This document shows positions 15,302 to 24,533 of a DNA stretch of 36,698 nucleotides, piece after piece. The position numbers were made by a program, and so were the translations under genes. Under the pieces are notes generated by a model. That model made no database searches and was not told the DNA's origin. It saw only the letters and a list, made by a program, of their open reading frames with translations. Numbering within the stretch: position 1 is the stretch's first letter; every line of letters begins with the position of its first letter. The stretch is taken from positions 1 through 36,698 of IMG/VR virus record IMGVR_UViG_3300032327_000087. One strand, 5' to 3'. The DNA is from a virus (Duplodnaviria; Caudoviricetes).

Positions 15302-16589
15302 AGCCGCAGCTTTCCTCGGCACACATGACCGCGCTATGGTGCTGGCCCCCGTAGGAGCCGGTAAGACTCTTATTACGTTGACCGCTATGCAAGCCTCACC
15401 CGTGCGCCGTTGGCTTGTCTTAGCCCCTAAACGTGTGGCCACAAGCGTATGGCCAGCCGAGGCGCGTAAGTGGGCACCCGACCTTGACATAGCCGTAGCC
15501 GTGGGCACTCCCGCGCAACGCTTGAAGGCGCTCGGCGCGCGCGTTGTCGTAACCAACTACGACAATCTGCAATGGTTGGCCGCGCAAGAGTTGGACTTTG
15601 ACGGCATTGTGTTTGACGAACTGACACGGCTAAAGAACCCCTCGGGCGCACGGTTCAAGGCGTTGCTGAAAGTCATTGAGCCTATGACTGTGCGGTGGGG
15701 CCTGACCGGATCGTTTACGTCGAACGGTCTAGAAGACGTGTTTGGTCAATGCAAGATCGTTGACCAATCGTTGCTTGGGCGCAGCAAAGGCGCGTTCATG
15801 CAGACTTATTTTGTGTTGATGAATGCCGAGTATGGCGAGTGGGCGCCGCGCCCCAAGGCGTTGCAATCGGTCATGGAGCGTATCAAACCCGCAACCTATC
15901 TGCTTGAGCCTGGTGAGTACGCTGATAAGCTGCCGCCCTGCCACACAGTCGAGATGCGCGTTGATATGGACATGACCGAGTACAAAGTGATGAAGAAAGA
16001 GTTTGTGGTGCGCTTTGGTGATACGCAGATTGAGGCGATTAACGCAGCGGTTGTGACGGGCAAGTTGCAACAGATGGCGTCGGGGTTTATTTATCAAACT
16101 GACACGTTTGCAAGCGAACGGCCAGGCAAGTTTGATACCACGCAAACTGTTATTTGGTTAAGCCGTCACAAATTTGATTTGTTAGATGATTTGTTAGAGG
16201 AGAACCAACGTGCCAACACCATTATCGTTTACTCATTTATCGCAGAACTTGCCATGCTCAAGCACCAGTACCCTCACGCCGTCACCCTTGACGACAAAGA
16301 CGCAATCGACCGATGGAACGCGGGGAAGATTGAGCTTCTCCTTGTCCATCCTAAAAGCGCAGGGCACGGACTCAACTTGCAACACGGCGGTTGTCGAATG
16401 GTCTTTTTGTCGTTGCCTTGGAGCCTCGAGCTTTACGAACAAACCGTAGGGCGTATCCACCGCTCGGGGCAAAAAAATGACGTGTGGGTCTATGTGTTGC
16501 TCACCAACAATACTGTTGATGAAAAAATTTGGAGCGCGCTGCATGACAAGCGCGCCGTGTCTGATATAGCTTTGGAGGCTTTGAAATGA
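15273..16589 (+). CDS. SNF2-like superfamily 2 helicase
   Basis: LRPYQ, GAGKT, VFDELT, GLTGS, GHGLNLQ, QTVGRIHRSGQ. Confidence 0.93.
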   Translation: MLTLRPYQTEAAAFLGTHDRAMVLAPVGAGKTLITLTAMQASPVRRWLVLAPKRVATSVWPAEARKWAPDLDIAVAVGTPAQRLKALGARVVVTNYDNLQWLAAQELDFDGIVFDELTRLKNPSGARFKALLKVIEPMTVRWGLTGSFTSNGLEDVFGQCKIVDQSLLGRSKGAFMQTYFVLMNAEYGEWAPRPKALQSVMERIKPATYLLEPGEYADKLPPCHTVEMRVDMDMTEYKVMKKEFVVRFGDTQIEAINAAVVTGKLQQMASGFIYQTDTFASERPGKFDTTQTVIWLSRHKFDLLDDLLEENQRANTIIVYSFIAELAMLKHQYPHAVTLDDKDAIDRWNAGKIELLLVHPKSAGHGLNLQHGGCRMVFLSLPWSLELYEQTVGRIHRSGQKNDVWVYVLLTNNTVDEKIWSALHDKRAVSDIALEALK

Positions 16590-16837
16590 AAACACCTGAC
16601 AAAATAATTGCTTTTTGCGTTAAGCCCCGCACAGCGCAAGAGCTTGCTGACCATTGCAAGGTGCAGCGCAGCAGCATCTACAGCGCCTTGGGGCGCCTAC
16701 AGATGAAGGGCCTTATCGCACGTATGGGGGATGGTACAGAGCGCGCGACTTATGTGTCATCTACGCCTACTGTCGTTGAGCATTTTGAAAACTTAATGAT
16801 TACCCACGCCCATAACCCTTTTGGATTGAGAGCATGA
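16586..16837 (+). CDS. Winged-HTH DNA-binding protein
   Basis: PRTAQELADHCKVQRSSIYSALGRLQMKGLI. Confidence 0.75.
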   Translation: MKTPDKIIAFCVKPRTAQELADHCKVQRSSIYSALGRLQMKGLIARMGDGTERATYVSSTPTVVEHFENLMITHAHNPFGLRA

Positions 16838-16995
16838 AAATTGAACTTGTACTAGCGCAACTGGCTGCGGCCAAGGACGTGTTGCGCCACCGGCAGAAGT
16901 TGATGAACGAGGCGACACGGGCCTACAACCGTGTTTTTGTAACTGTTAAAAAACTGGAGGAAAGATATGCAAATCACATGGCGAAAACTAAATGA
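16834..16995 (+). CDS. Hypothetical helical protein (53 aa)
   Basis: MKIELVLAQLAAAKDVLRHRQKLMNEATRAYNRV...; ATGA overlap; fills the gap in the operon. Confidence 0.65.
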   Translation: MKIELVLAQLAAAKDVLRHRQKLMNEATRAYNRVFVTVKKLEERYANHMAKTK

Positions 16996-17158
16996 GCGTA
17001 TGGCCACGCTTTCGGAGGACGAAATCATGGCCATGCTCGAGTACGAACGCACCCATGACAGGCGTGTGAAGATGCTGTTGCGCTTGCACCAGCGAGCAAA
17101 CAGTTTGCGTGTGGCGCGCGAGCGTATTGAATTGTTGAAAGAGGGGCTGCGGCCATGA
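16967..17158 (+). CDS. Hypothetical protein (63 aa)
   Basis: GGAGG SD; coupled to the next ORF. Confidence 0.75.
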   Translation: MQITWRKLNERMATLSEDEIMAMLEYERTHDRRVKMLLRLHQRANSLRVARERIELLKEGLRP

Positions 17159-17562
17159 AGAAAATTGACTTGATCATTGACGCGCTATCGGTTGCACAGA
17201 ACTCGGTTTGGTCTGCGCTCAATCAAGAGGCGCTTGCTTACGCAATTGAATTGAAATTAGAGTTAGCCAAACCTAAGCAAGAGCTTGTTGCTTGGTTACA
17301 CCCCGATAAAAAAGTTGACGTAGTTGTGCCAACTAGCCTTGCATGGTTTGATAAACCTATACCACTCTACACCGCATCACCACGCAAGCCGTGGCAAGGG
17401 CTGACGGATGATGAGATACATAAAATTATTGATTGTTGCACTCCAAACAATGCAGCGCAAGAAGAGTTAAATGATTTTGCAAGGGCTGTACGTTTTGTTG
17501 AAGCCAAACTAAGGGAGAAAAACTTACATGACCGAGAGCCAAGTATACAAACAAATCGTTGA
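17155..17562 (+). CDS. Hypothetical phage protein (135 aa)
   Basis: PLYTASP...WQGLTDDEI...FARAVRFVEAKLREKN, a common phage accessory pattern. Confidence 0.75.
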   Translation: MKKIDLIIDALSVAQNSVWSALNQEALAYAIELKLELAKPKQELVAWLHPDKKVDVVVPTSLAWFDKPIPLYTASPRKPWQGLTDDEIHKIIDCCTPNNAAQEELNDFARAVRFVEAKLREKNLHDREPSIQTNR

Positions 17563-17716
17563 GAACCTTGCACAGATCGACGACGACATTGCCCGTTTGC
17601 GCCATCAACACCTGATGTTACGCGTAGACATTCAAATACTAAAGGAAAAATATGAAAAACCTATACTCGGTAGCCGCCCACAAGTTAAGAACGATGGGGT
17701 ACAGCACCCCGTCTGA
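17528..17716 (+). CDS. Small coiled-coil protein (62 aa)
   Basis: GGGAG SD; heptad pattern. Confidence 0.6.
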   Translation: MTESQVYKQIVENLAQIDDDIARLRHQHLMLRVDIQILKEKYEKPILGSRPQVKNDGVQHPV

Positions 17717-17909
17717 AGGCGCTATTCTTGGTTTGGCAGCAAGCGTGTTGGGTGGTGGGCCGACAGAGCCTCGCGCCCTTTTGGAGGCGTTTATAGCGGC
17801 TATGCCACCCAAGTTAGTCAAGGGCGCATATCAGATGCCCAAAGCGTTACAAATCAACGCAAGACGCGCTGAGAAAGAGCAGGTCACAATCATAACGATA
17901 GGAGGTTGA
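17652..17909 (+). CDS. Hypothetical protein (85 aa)
   Basis: AAGGA SD; part of the operon. Confidence 0.6.
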   Translation: MKNLYSVAAHKLRTMGYSTPSEGAILGLAASVLGGGPTEPRALLEAFIAAMPPKLVKGAYQMPKALQINARRAEKEQVTIITIGG

Positions 17910-17910
17910 C

Positions 17911-18099
17911 ATGGTAGTTTACGAAATTATTATGTGGTTCTACGCGTCAATGGCGCTGATGGTTGGTGCTTTACTGTGGATATTTCACACACGCGAAAAG
18001 CCCCACGTTTACCCGCCCGAGTGGGTCTGCGACGGGTGCGGTCAAGTTTGTAGTGAACTTAAGGAGGGGTTTTGTGAATACTGCGCAAAACAATACTAA
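17911..18099 (+). CDS. Membrane-anchored Cys-rich (Zn-ribbon-like) small protein
   Basis: GGAGG SD; N-terminal hydrophobic helix; CDGC...CEYC. Confidence 0.65.
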   Translation: MVVYEIIMWFYASMALMVGALLWIFHTREKPHVYPPEWVCDGCGQVCSELKEGFCEYCAKQY

Positions 18100-18139
18100 T
18101 CTTTACGTTAAACCCCGCATCCCTTGGTGGCGCAGAATA

Positions 18140-18574
18140 CTATGGCGCTTGCTTAAATAACTCAAAGTGCGGGCTATCGGACTCACCATTCTCATGAATT
18201 GTGGCGTCCATATCCCAATTGCCGCCCCATCTGAGCGTCACGCCTAGCTCTTTTGCGGCGGCAAACATTGTGTTAGCCAACGCATCAAAGCGTTTATAGT
18301 CGTTCCAATCAATTGGGTAAGGTGCCAAATCTACAGCATGACCGTAGCCATCTTTTTGGATACCGTGGGTGCCGCTAGTTTGCACCCATGTCACGACGGG
18401 GCCAGGCTTGGTTCGCCCCTGAGCCCACAATTCATCTTGACGCGCTTGCGATCGCACACCTTCCAAGACGGTAAAATCAATCGGGCTTAGTTCTAGCGCA
18501 CGTTTGACCACGGCTACCAACTTGGGGTGTACGCCATTCAAATTATTTAATGACCGTTCTGAGAATGTAAACAT
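18140..18574 (-). CDS. Endolysin, M15-family (L-Ala-D-Glu peptidase-like)
   Basis: EGVRSQARQDELWAQGRT, H...GHAVDL, WGGNW, DSPHFEL. Confidence 0.9.
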   Translation of the reverse strand: MFTFSERSLNNLNGVHPKLVAVVKRALELSPIDFTVLEGVRSQARQDELWAQGRTKPGPVVTWVQTSGTHGIQKDGYGHAVDLAPYPIDWNDYKRFDALANTMFAAAKELGVTLRWGGNWDMDATIHENGESDSPHFELFKQAP

Positions 18575-18984
18575 TATTTGATACTCCTGATCCAATTCTG
18601 CAACTCAGTCAGTTGGAGCGTGGTTTCAGCACAGCGTCTAACAAGTCCTGCGTCGGGGGCGCTGACATTAGCACAGACGGCGGGCTTGGAAACGGGGGGC
18701 ACACGACTGCTACTGGCACCGGTGTCGAGCAACCGCTCACCATAATAACTGTGAACAGCGCTAAGACGCGCTTCGTATTGGTTAGTGATTGCAGTTGAAA
18801 TGACTTCATGTTCTTTCACCTTTGCTTGGTTGATGACCTCTTGCGCTTTGCCGACCGCTGCGACCTCAGCTTGGTACGCCAGTAGTTTTTTGTGTTCGTG
18901 ATTCCAACCCATGAAATACATGACCGCGCACAACGCCAAGGCAGCGCCGATTTTGATTAGTAGGGTGCTGGGTAGGGGAAACAT
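18574..18984 (-). CDS. Inner-membrane spanin (Rz-like)
   Basis: N-terminal TM segment, helical periplasmic region, contains an embedded lipoprotein ORF. Confidence 0.75.
   Translation of the reverse strand: MFPLPSTLLIKIGAALALCAVMYFMGWNHEHKKLLAYQAEVAAVGKAQEVINQAKVKEHEVISTAITNQYEARLSAVHSYYGERLLDTGASSSRVPPVSKPAVCANVSAPDAGLVRRCAETTLQLTELQNWIRSIK
18609..18809 (-). CDS. Outer-membrane lipoprotein spanin (Rz1-like), embedded
   Basis: KRVLALFTVIMVSGC lipobox followed by a Pro-rich mature peptide, in another frame inside the Rz-like gene. Confidence 0.72.
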   Translation of the reverse strand: MKSFQLQSLTNTKRVLALFTVIMVSGCSTPVPVAVVCPPFPSPPSVLMSAPPTQDLLDAVLKPRSN

Positions 18985-19583
18985 TATCGGCTTCTAAATG
19001 GGTGAAATTGGATCGCCACAAACTTCTTACCGTTGACAGTATCACCGGTCAACTTGTAGCCCAAGTACATCTCGAGATAGCGCGTAGCCGAGTAGTGCCA
19101 TGCAGCCTTGTAGCACCAGCCGATCTGACCTTGGGCGTTGACGACTTTCCAAAAGTAAGAACAGTTCACGCCTTTGCGCCATAGTGCGCCGTCCTCAACT
19201 GTCTGACTGTAGGTGTAGCCCCACTTTGCGCCAAACCCGTAGGCGGCGTTGCGCCATAGCCAGTTCACGCGGCACAGGTAGCGCAGCCATACGCTTGCGT
19301 CGTACTGCGCTTGCGTGTGGCCGTCTTTTGGCCACCCTGCGTAGTCACCATACCAAAATTCATCCGCGGGCGCGTCAGGCGTCTGCCATACGCGCAGCGC
19401 GGGGATTAGGAACGCGCGCGGTGCGCCAGGCAACAGGCTCGGAAACCCCGTGACTTCGGACTCTTCAGCGTAGACGATAAACAACGCAAAGATGGGCGCC
19501 AAGGGGAACGCTAGGATGGTTAGAATAATTAAGGCAACTGCCTTAACAAACCATATTGCAATCGAACTAATGAGGTTCAGCAT
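18984..19583 (-). CDS. Membrane-anchored hypothetical protein in the lysis cluster
   Basis: N-terminal TM region; WQTPD, WLWRNAAYGF, YLGYKL. Confidence 0.7.
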   Translation of the reverse strand: MLNLISSIAIWFVKAVALIILTILAFPLAPIFALFIVYAEESEVTGFPSLLPGAPRAFLIPALRVWQTPDAPADEFWYGDYAGWPKDGHTQAQYDASVWLRYLCRVNWLWRNAAYGFGAKWGYTYSQTVEDGALWRKGVNCSYFWKVVNAQGQIGWCYKAAWHYSATRYLEMYLGYKLTGDTVNGKKFVAIQFHPFRSR

Positions 19584-19782
19584 CTTTTTTAGCCCACACA
19601 GAAGCACCACCTGCGCCCGACACAATGCCAAGGCTTTCAGCCAACTCACGCAGACTAACCGCGCCGTGCATGACTACTTGGTATCCAGCAACCGCTAAGA
19701 CTGCTACAAGGCTTATTAACCATGCTACACGGGCAATGTCGTAAGTGACGTTATCTTTGCCGGTGAGCAATTGCTTGATCAC
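19567..19782 (-). CDS. Putative holin
   Basis: 71 aa, two hydrophobic segments, charged C-terminus, located in the lysis cluster. Confidence 0.55.
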   Translation of the reverse strand: MIKQLLTGKDNVTYDIARVAWLISLVAVLAVAGYQVVMHGAVSLRELAESLGIVSGAGGASVWAKKDAEPH

Positions 19783-20012
19783 TTGTCAGCCTTTTGATCG
19801 ACCTTATCTAAAATCTTATCTAGCTGGTTTTCTATTCGGTTAAACATTCGCTGAATGTCTTCTGTTCTCATGTAGTTTGTTGACACATGAAGCCTTAAGT
19901 CGCCGATCTCTTTTTTTAGTTCGTCAACAGCATCCCACAACTGACGGGCAAACCAACCAATTGCGCCCAAAGCAGCGCCAGCACCAATGTTAAATAGTTG
20001 TTGCCAATCCAT
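19779..20012 (-). CDS. Single-TM coiled-coil protein (holin/antiholin-like)
   Basis: N-terminal TM segment then coiled coil ending KVDQKADK. Confidence 0.55.
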   Translation of the reverse strand: MDWQQLFNIGAGAALGAIGWFARQLWDAVDELKKEIGDLRLHVSTNYMRTEDIQRMFNRIENQLDKILDKVDQKADK

Positions 20013-20013
20013 G

Positions 20014-21732
20014 TTATTGCCTTGGGGTTAAGTTGTTTAATTGACTAGGTACGTTTGTGGCTTGTGCGCCCAACAAATAATTTCGTAATTGAGGGTTCAT
20101 AATACCTTGCGCAAGATTATCATACCTACCATAATTAGGTATAGCATTTGCTTGCGCGCCTGCGGATAATAGTCTTTGCCGCATAAGCGCAGACGTAGCC
20201 GCCGGAACTATGGGCAATAAAGCGCCTGCCGCAGCCGCAGTACCGCCGTATTGTGAACCAAATGCAGCGCCGCCTGCGGAAGCCACCATACCGCTTAAAC
20301 TGTTTTGAAGCATCGTGCCCGCACCAGGCGTACCAATTGCGCTAGGCGCTTGGTTAACGCGCGGAAATACGTTAGCAAATTCAGCAGCGGTTTTTAAATC
20401 ACCAGTCATAAATCTACCGCGTTGTATGTCAGCGGCTAACTTTTTAGCGTTAACTGAACCCCCGCCTTCACGGATGGCGTCTTCAATCGTATGACTAATA
20501 GCCATGCGTTGACGCGATGCTTTAAATTGATCAAGTAAAGCCGTTGCATTTGGGTTGCCGCTGTTAGTTAATGACCTTTCAATTTGATTTTCCAACGCTT
20601 TTGCAATATCAAGTTTTGCGTGGCCAACTGCGGTATCACCTCTATTTATCGCAGCGTTGCCTTGTTCTTTTAAAACTTTGGTAGCGTTAACCGCGTCGGC
20701 AGAATTAAAATCATTAACTGTATAGGTTTTAATAAGGCTTTCAACTTCAGGCGGCACAGCACCTTTAAATGACCTATTGGGCCCAACATAAGTACCTTCT
20801 ACTTTTATAAGATCATCAATGAAATTATTGTCCGCCGCAATTGTTCCTAATTGTTTAATTGGCTCATAACCTTTTAAATATTCGTCTGCTCGAATAGCCT
20901 TCATAGCATCTGACGTAAGTGGTGCTGTTTCGTCAATACCTACTGCGTTGCGCGCTAATCTATCAGTTACGGCTTGGTTCTTGACTGATGCCAATTGTTC
21001 AACGTTAGTTTTGCCCGCTATACGTTCAGCAAGTACGTTTTTCCCCGCAGGCGCTACGCTGCCAGGCGTAACCACATACCCTTGTTCTTGCGCGGCTCTA
21101 ACAGTCGCATCCCGCACGGCATTGATTTGCCCTTCAGTTTGTAAAGCTGTAGCCGCGCGTTTAGCTATTGGTTGTACAACAGCCGCCACAGGCGCTAAAG
21201 GATTGGTTACTGCTGCGGCAGTTTTTAACGCCGCACCTACTACTGGCACTTTGGCGGTTGCCATAGCGCCGCCGGTAAATATCATAGATAAATCTGACGC
21301 TGCGCCAACAGGGTCTTCGGCAAACGTGCGTTTAATTTTTTCAAAATCGCCATACCGATCTTTATACATACCACCCATTGCGTTAGCAATTTTAATGTTT
21401 TCGTTTAACAGTTCTGGGTTAACCGATACGTCTTGCCAATACTTTTGCGCGCTTTCAGGCAACACGTTGTACACGCCGCCAATGACCGCTTGCGTAAGTG
21501 TCTTGGCTGTATCAACTGGATGAGTTACTGCGTGATACATACCTTTAGCCATTTCAGTTGCGCTGCTTGGTATATTTTTAACAAACTCTATCGGCACTTC
21601 TGATGCGGCGTAATTGCGCCGCGCTGGCATACCTTCGTTAACTGGCGCAGATTGCTCTAGCGTAAAACCTTTAGGCAACGTCATGCTTGGCGCTGCGGGT
21701 GCCTCAAGCGTAAAACCTTCAGGAAGTGCCAT
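20014..21732 (-). CDS. Putative DNA ejection protein (P22 gp16-like position)
   Basis: Large Ala-rich helical protein, last of three after the tail genes; N-terminal LPxGFTLE duplication. Confidence 0.65.
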   Translation of the reverse strand: MALPEGFTLEAPAAPSMTLPKGFTLEQSAPVNEGMPARRNYAASEVPIEFVKNIPSSATEMAKGMYHAVTHPVDTAKTLTQAVIGGVYNVLPESAQKYWQDVSVNPELLNENIKIANAMGGMYKDRYGDFEKIKRTFAEDPVGAASDLSMIFTGGAMATAKVPVVGAALKTAAAVTNPLAPVAAVVQPIAKRAATALQTEGQINAVRDATVRAAQEQGYVVTPGSVAPAGKNVLAERIAGKTNVEQLASVKNQAVTDRLARNAVGIDETAPLTSDAMKAIRADEYLKGYEPIKQLGTIAADNNFIDDLIKVEGTYVGPNRSFKGAVPPEVESLIKTYTVNDFNSADAVNATKVLKEQGNAAINRGDTAVGHAKLDIAKALENQIERSLTNSGNPNATALLDQFKASRQRMAISHTIEDAIREGGGSVNAKKLAADIQRGRFMTGDLKTAAEFANVFPRVNQAPSAIGTPGAGTMLQNSLSGMVASAGGAAFGSQYGGTAAAAGALLPIVPAATSALMRQRLLSAGAQANAIPNYGRYDNLAQGIMNPQLRNYLLGAQATNVPSQLNNLTPRQ

Positions 21733-23216
21733 TATTTTGCTCCTACTGGGTTCCAAGTTTTGCCACCGTCGGTTGACATAATTCTGTCTTTACCGTTTGT
21801 TGCGTACACGGGCGCTGCTGCTGGAGCCGCTCTTTCAGGCAATTTAATCACAGGGTTGTAAGGAAATTTAACGCCGCGTTGTTCAGCACCCGTAACTTCT
21901 TGGTTATATATATCAACTTTACCGCGAACAATATCGCCAAATACGTCAAGCACGGAACTCATAGCGCTTGGGTCTGTCCCCAAGCTGCCCAACGCTTGTT
22001 TCATAGCAGCTTGCTGTTGTTGCGAAGGTTGCGCGTCCATCTTTTTCAAATTGTCCATAATGCCCATAAACAATCGTGAATTTAATTCTTCGGCGCTTTT
22101 AATACCTGTGGTATCAATACTTGTACCAAGTCTATTATTCATAAACTTAGCAGTTTCAAGCATGGTTTCACCTCCGGTGCCCATAAACCCTTTGGCGGTA
22201 GGCACAAGAGCTTTAGCTTTTTCAATGTTATCAAGTACAGTAGACGCTTGCTTTAATTGATCAAAAGTAACTCTACTGCCTTGCATAAATTGTTTTTGTG
22301 CTTCTTCGCTTGCCGTTGTTTGCGTGTTTACGTTAATAACTGAATTAGGGCCTTTAGGTTGCGCTTGCGTATACCCACCAGTTGCCGCAGGTGGTGTTTG
22401 ACCCAACATATTGGCCTGCCCCGTGGTAGTTGCACCAACAATTGCAGGCAAAGTGTTTGGCGCGCCCATACCGTAAGCGCCTGTTCCTAACGCGCCGCTC
22501 TGCGCAAAAGGTACTACGGCAGGAGCCCCAGGAGGCTGGAAAATTGCTTGTGCCATTGGACGTAACACACCAGCATCCGCGCCAAATTTTTTATAAGTAT
22601 TTGGCCCTGTTGCGGTTTCAAGAGTTCCTATTTCTTCGCGCATACGTTTATCGGTAATATCTTGCCCGCGCATTGTTGCGCCAACGGTTGCAGCGTTAGT
22701 AGCAAGGCTAGTTCTAGAACTTAATTGCGCGTCAGCCGACTCATATAATCTGTCAGCAGTTAAGCCAAAGTTACGTTTATATGCTTCAAACGCTCTTGGG
22801 TCGGTGGGGATATTTGCCAATGCTTTATCTAACGGTACAACGCCAAACAACATTTGACCGCCAGGTGTCTTTGCAGCATTTTGCAAATACGTTGCCATGT
22901 CCGACGGCGTGTTGACTACCGCCACGTTATCTTTGAGCATTTTCAAAGAGTCCATGCCGGTCTTTACGTCGCGCGCGTTAATCTCACTTTGCGCGCCAAT
23001 AAGTTTGGCTCCCGAAGAACCAGTTTTTGCCATCAAATTTCGACGACCTTCTGCGGTAGATAAATCTCCGCCTTGAGCATAAAAATCTTTTACTGCGTTT
23101 TCGCTTTCGTAGCCTTGTTGCGCTTGTCGAATAGCCATGACTTGCGCCATTTGAGCAAGCATATTAGGCTGCTCTATCGGGCGTACGCCTAGCGCAATGT
23201 TTGGGTCAAGGGCCAT
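21732..23216 (-). CDS. Putative DNA ejection protein (gp20-like position)
   Basis: MALDPNIALGVRP start, Ala/Gln-rich, synteny. Confidence 0.65.
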   Translation of the reverse strand: MALDPNIALGVRPIEQPNMLAQMAQVMAIRQAQQGYESENAVKDFYAQGGDLSTAEGRRNLMAKTGSSGAKLIGAQSEINARDVKTGMDSLKMLKDNVAVVNTPSDMATYLQNAAKTPGGQMLFGVVPLDKALANIPTDPRAFEAYKRNFGLTADRLYESADAQLSSRTSLATNAATVGATMRGQDITDKRMREEIGTLETATGPNTYKKFGADAGVLRPMAQAIFQPPGAPAVVPFAQSGALGTGAYGMGAPNTLPAIVGATTTGQANMLGQTPPAATGGYTQAQPKGPNSVINVNTQTTASEEAQKQFMQGSRVTFDQLKQASTVLDNIEKAKALVPTAKGFMGTGGETMLETAKFMNNRLGTSIDTTGIKSAEELNSRLFMGIMDNLKKMDAQPSQQQQAAMKQALGSLGTDPSAMSSVLDVFGDIVRGKVDIYNQEVTGAEQRGVKFPYNPVIKLPERAAPAAAPVYATNGKDRIMSTDGGKTWNPVGAK

Positions 23217-23219
23217 GAT

Positions 23220-24533
23220 TTATCCTCTGTATGTGTAATCAATTCCAGACGTAAAGTCTGACCCAGTTAAACCACCGGTAGTTGGCGTTTGTCTATCTTT
23301 CATCATATTTAACAATTGATTTTGATAATACGCGTTGCTAATCCCGCTGATACCTGAGTTAATTGCATTAGCCCCGCCAACGTACCCCGACGCTGTTGCG
23401 TTAGCAGCGCCCGTAGTTAAATTAGATGCGTTGTTGCCATAGCCTGTCAAAGCGCCTGTCAACCCATTGATGTAATTACCGTAGGCTTGTTGCTGTTGCG
23501 TACCGCCTTGGCCGTAAATGTTAGACACGTTACTGCCATACGTTCCCGCTGCACCCGCTGTATTTGTACCGTACGAACTTGCTGCGCCGCCCGCTGCCGA
23601 GCCATAGCCGCCAAGCGCACCAATGGTTTGACCGCCCGCCGTGCCAATTGCACCTGCGCCAATGTTGCCATAAGCCGTTAACGCATTAGACCCTGCTTGA
23701 CCATATTGCCCGTACGCGTTTGCAATGCCAGTTGCCGCATTAAAACCAACACCTTGCAAACTTTGCAAAGGACTAAGCGTACCGGCTCTAGATGTTTGAT
23801 AGCGGTTGTATGCGTTTTGATATTCTTGCGACGCCATGTCTTGACCGTACGTCTGCGAGGCTTTAAGAGCATTACCCGAAATTAAACCACCTCGAGCAGC
23901 AGCCTGACGATCAACAGCTTTTAATCCTTCAGACATACGGAAACCGTAGCCTGGGTCTTGGTTAGCTAAAAAAGATTCTGGCGTAAATTCAGCCGTAGCG
24001 TATTTGCCGTAATCAGTTGAGCCCGCGTTACCACCAATACCAAGGTACTCAAGCAAACGATTTTGACCGGCTAACCCTGCTTGGTTGTACGGTTGATAGG
24101 TGCCTACTTGGTTATTTAAAACATTTTGGGCAAGCTGAAGTTGAGCGTTTTTGTTATTACCTGCAAAATCTAATTGTTGATTTTGCGTACCTTGCGCTGC
24201 TGCAATTTGTTGATCGCGCGTTTGCGCAGCAATATTAGTTTGTTGTTGATACGCATTGTCTAATGCGGTTTTTTGCTGTGCAAGGGCATCGAATTGCGCG
24301 CGAAGCTGCGAATCCATTGTGCCTTGCTGGGCATTAAGTTGTTTATTTAAAGTTTCTTGTTGCGCTGCAATAGACGCTTGAGCCATTGCTAATTGTTGCG
24401 CTTGTGCTTCAGCAGCAGCGTTTGCTTGTGTATTAGCAGCTTTACTAGAAGCATTGGCTCCAATGGCTGCGCCGCCTATAGTTGCGGCTGCGCCAATCAA
24501 AGTAGCTGTAGTTGCTGAAATCCCAAAAGTCAT
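23220..24533 (-). CDS. DNA transfer/ejection protein (gp7-like)
   Basis: Hydrophobic Gly/Ala N-terminus, Gln-rich coil, DPGYGFR...AAARGGLISGNALKA, periodic YG repeats. Confidence 0.75.
   Translation of the reverse strand: MTFGISATTATLIGAAATIGGAAIGANASSKAANTQANAAAEAQAQQLAMAQASIAAQQETLNKQLNAQQGTMDSQLRAQFDALAQQKTALDNAYQQQTNIAAQTRDQQIAAAQGTQNQQLDFAGNNKNAQLQLAQNVLNNQVGTYQPYNQAGLAGQNRLLEYLGIGGNAGSTDYGKYATAEFTPESFLANQDPGYGFRMSEGLKAVDRQAAARGGLISGNALKASQTYGQDMASQEYQNAYNRYQTSRAGTLSPLQSLQGVGFNAATGIANAYGQYGQAGSNALTAYGNIGAGAIGTAGGQTIGALGGYGSAAGGAASSYGTNTAGAAGTYGSNVSNIYGQGGTQQQQAYGNYINGLTGALTGYGNNASNLTTGAANATASGYVGGANAINSGISGISNAYYQNQLLNMMKDRQTPTTGGLTGSDFTSGIDYTYRG

Noticed and set aside
16586-16837. Lysogeny repressor
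   Set aside because: The wHTH gene lies mid-operon after the helicase, has no peptidase domain, is not at a divergent switch and has no accompanying integrase.
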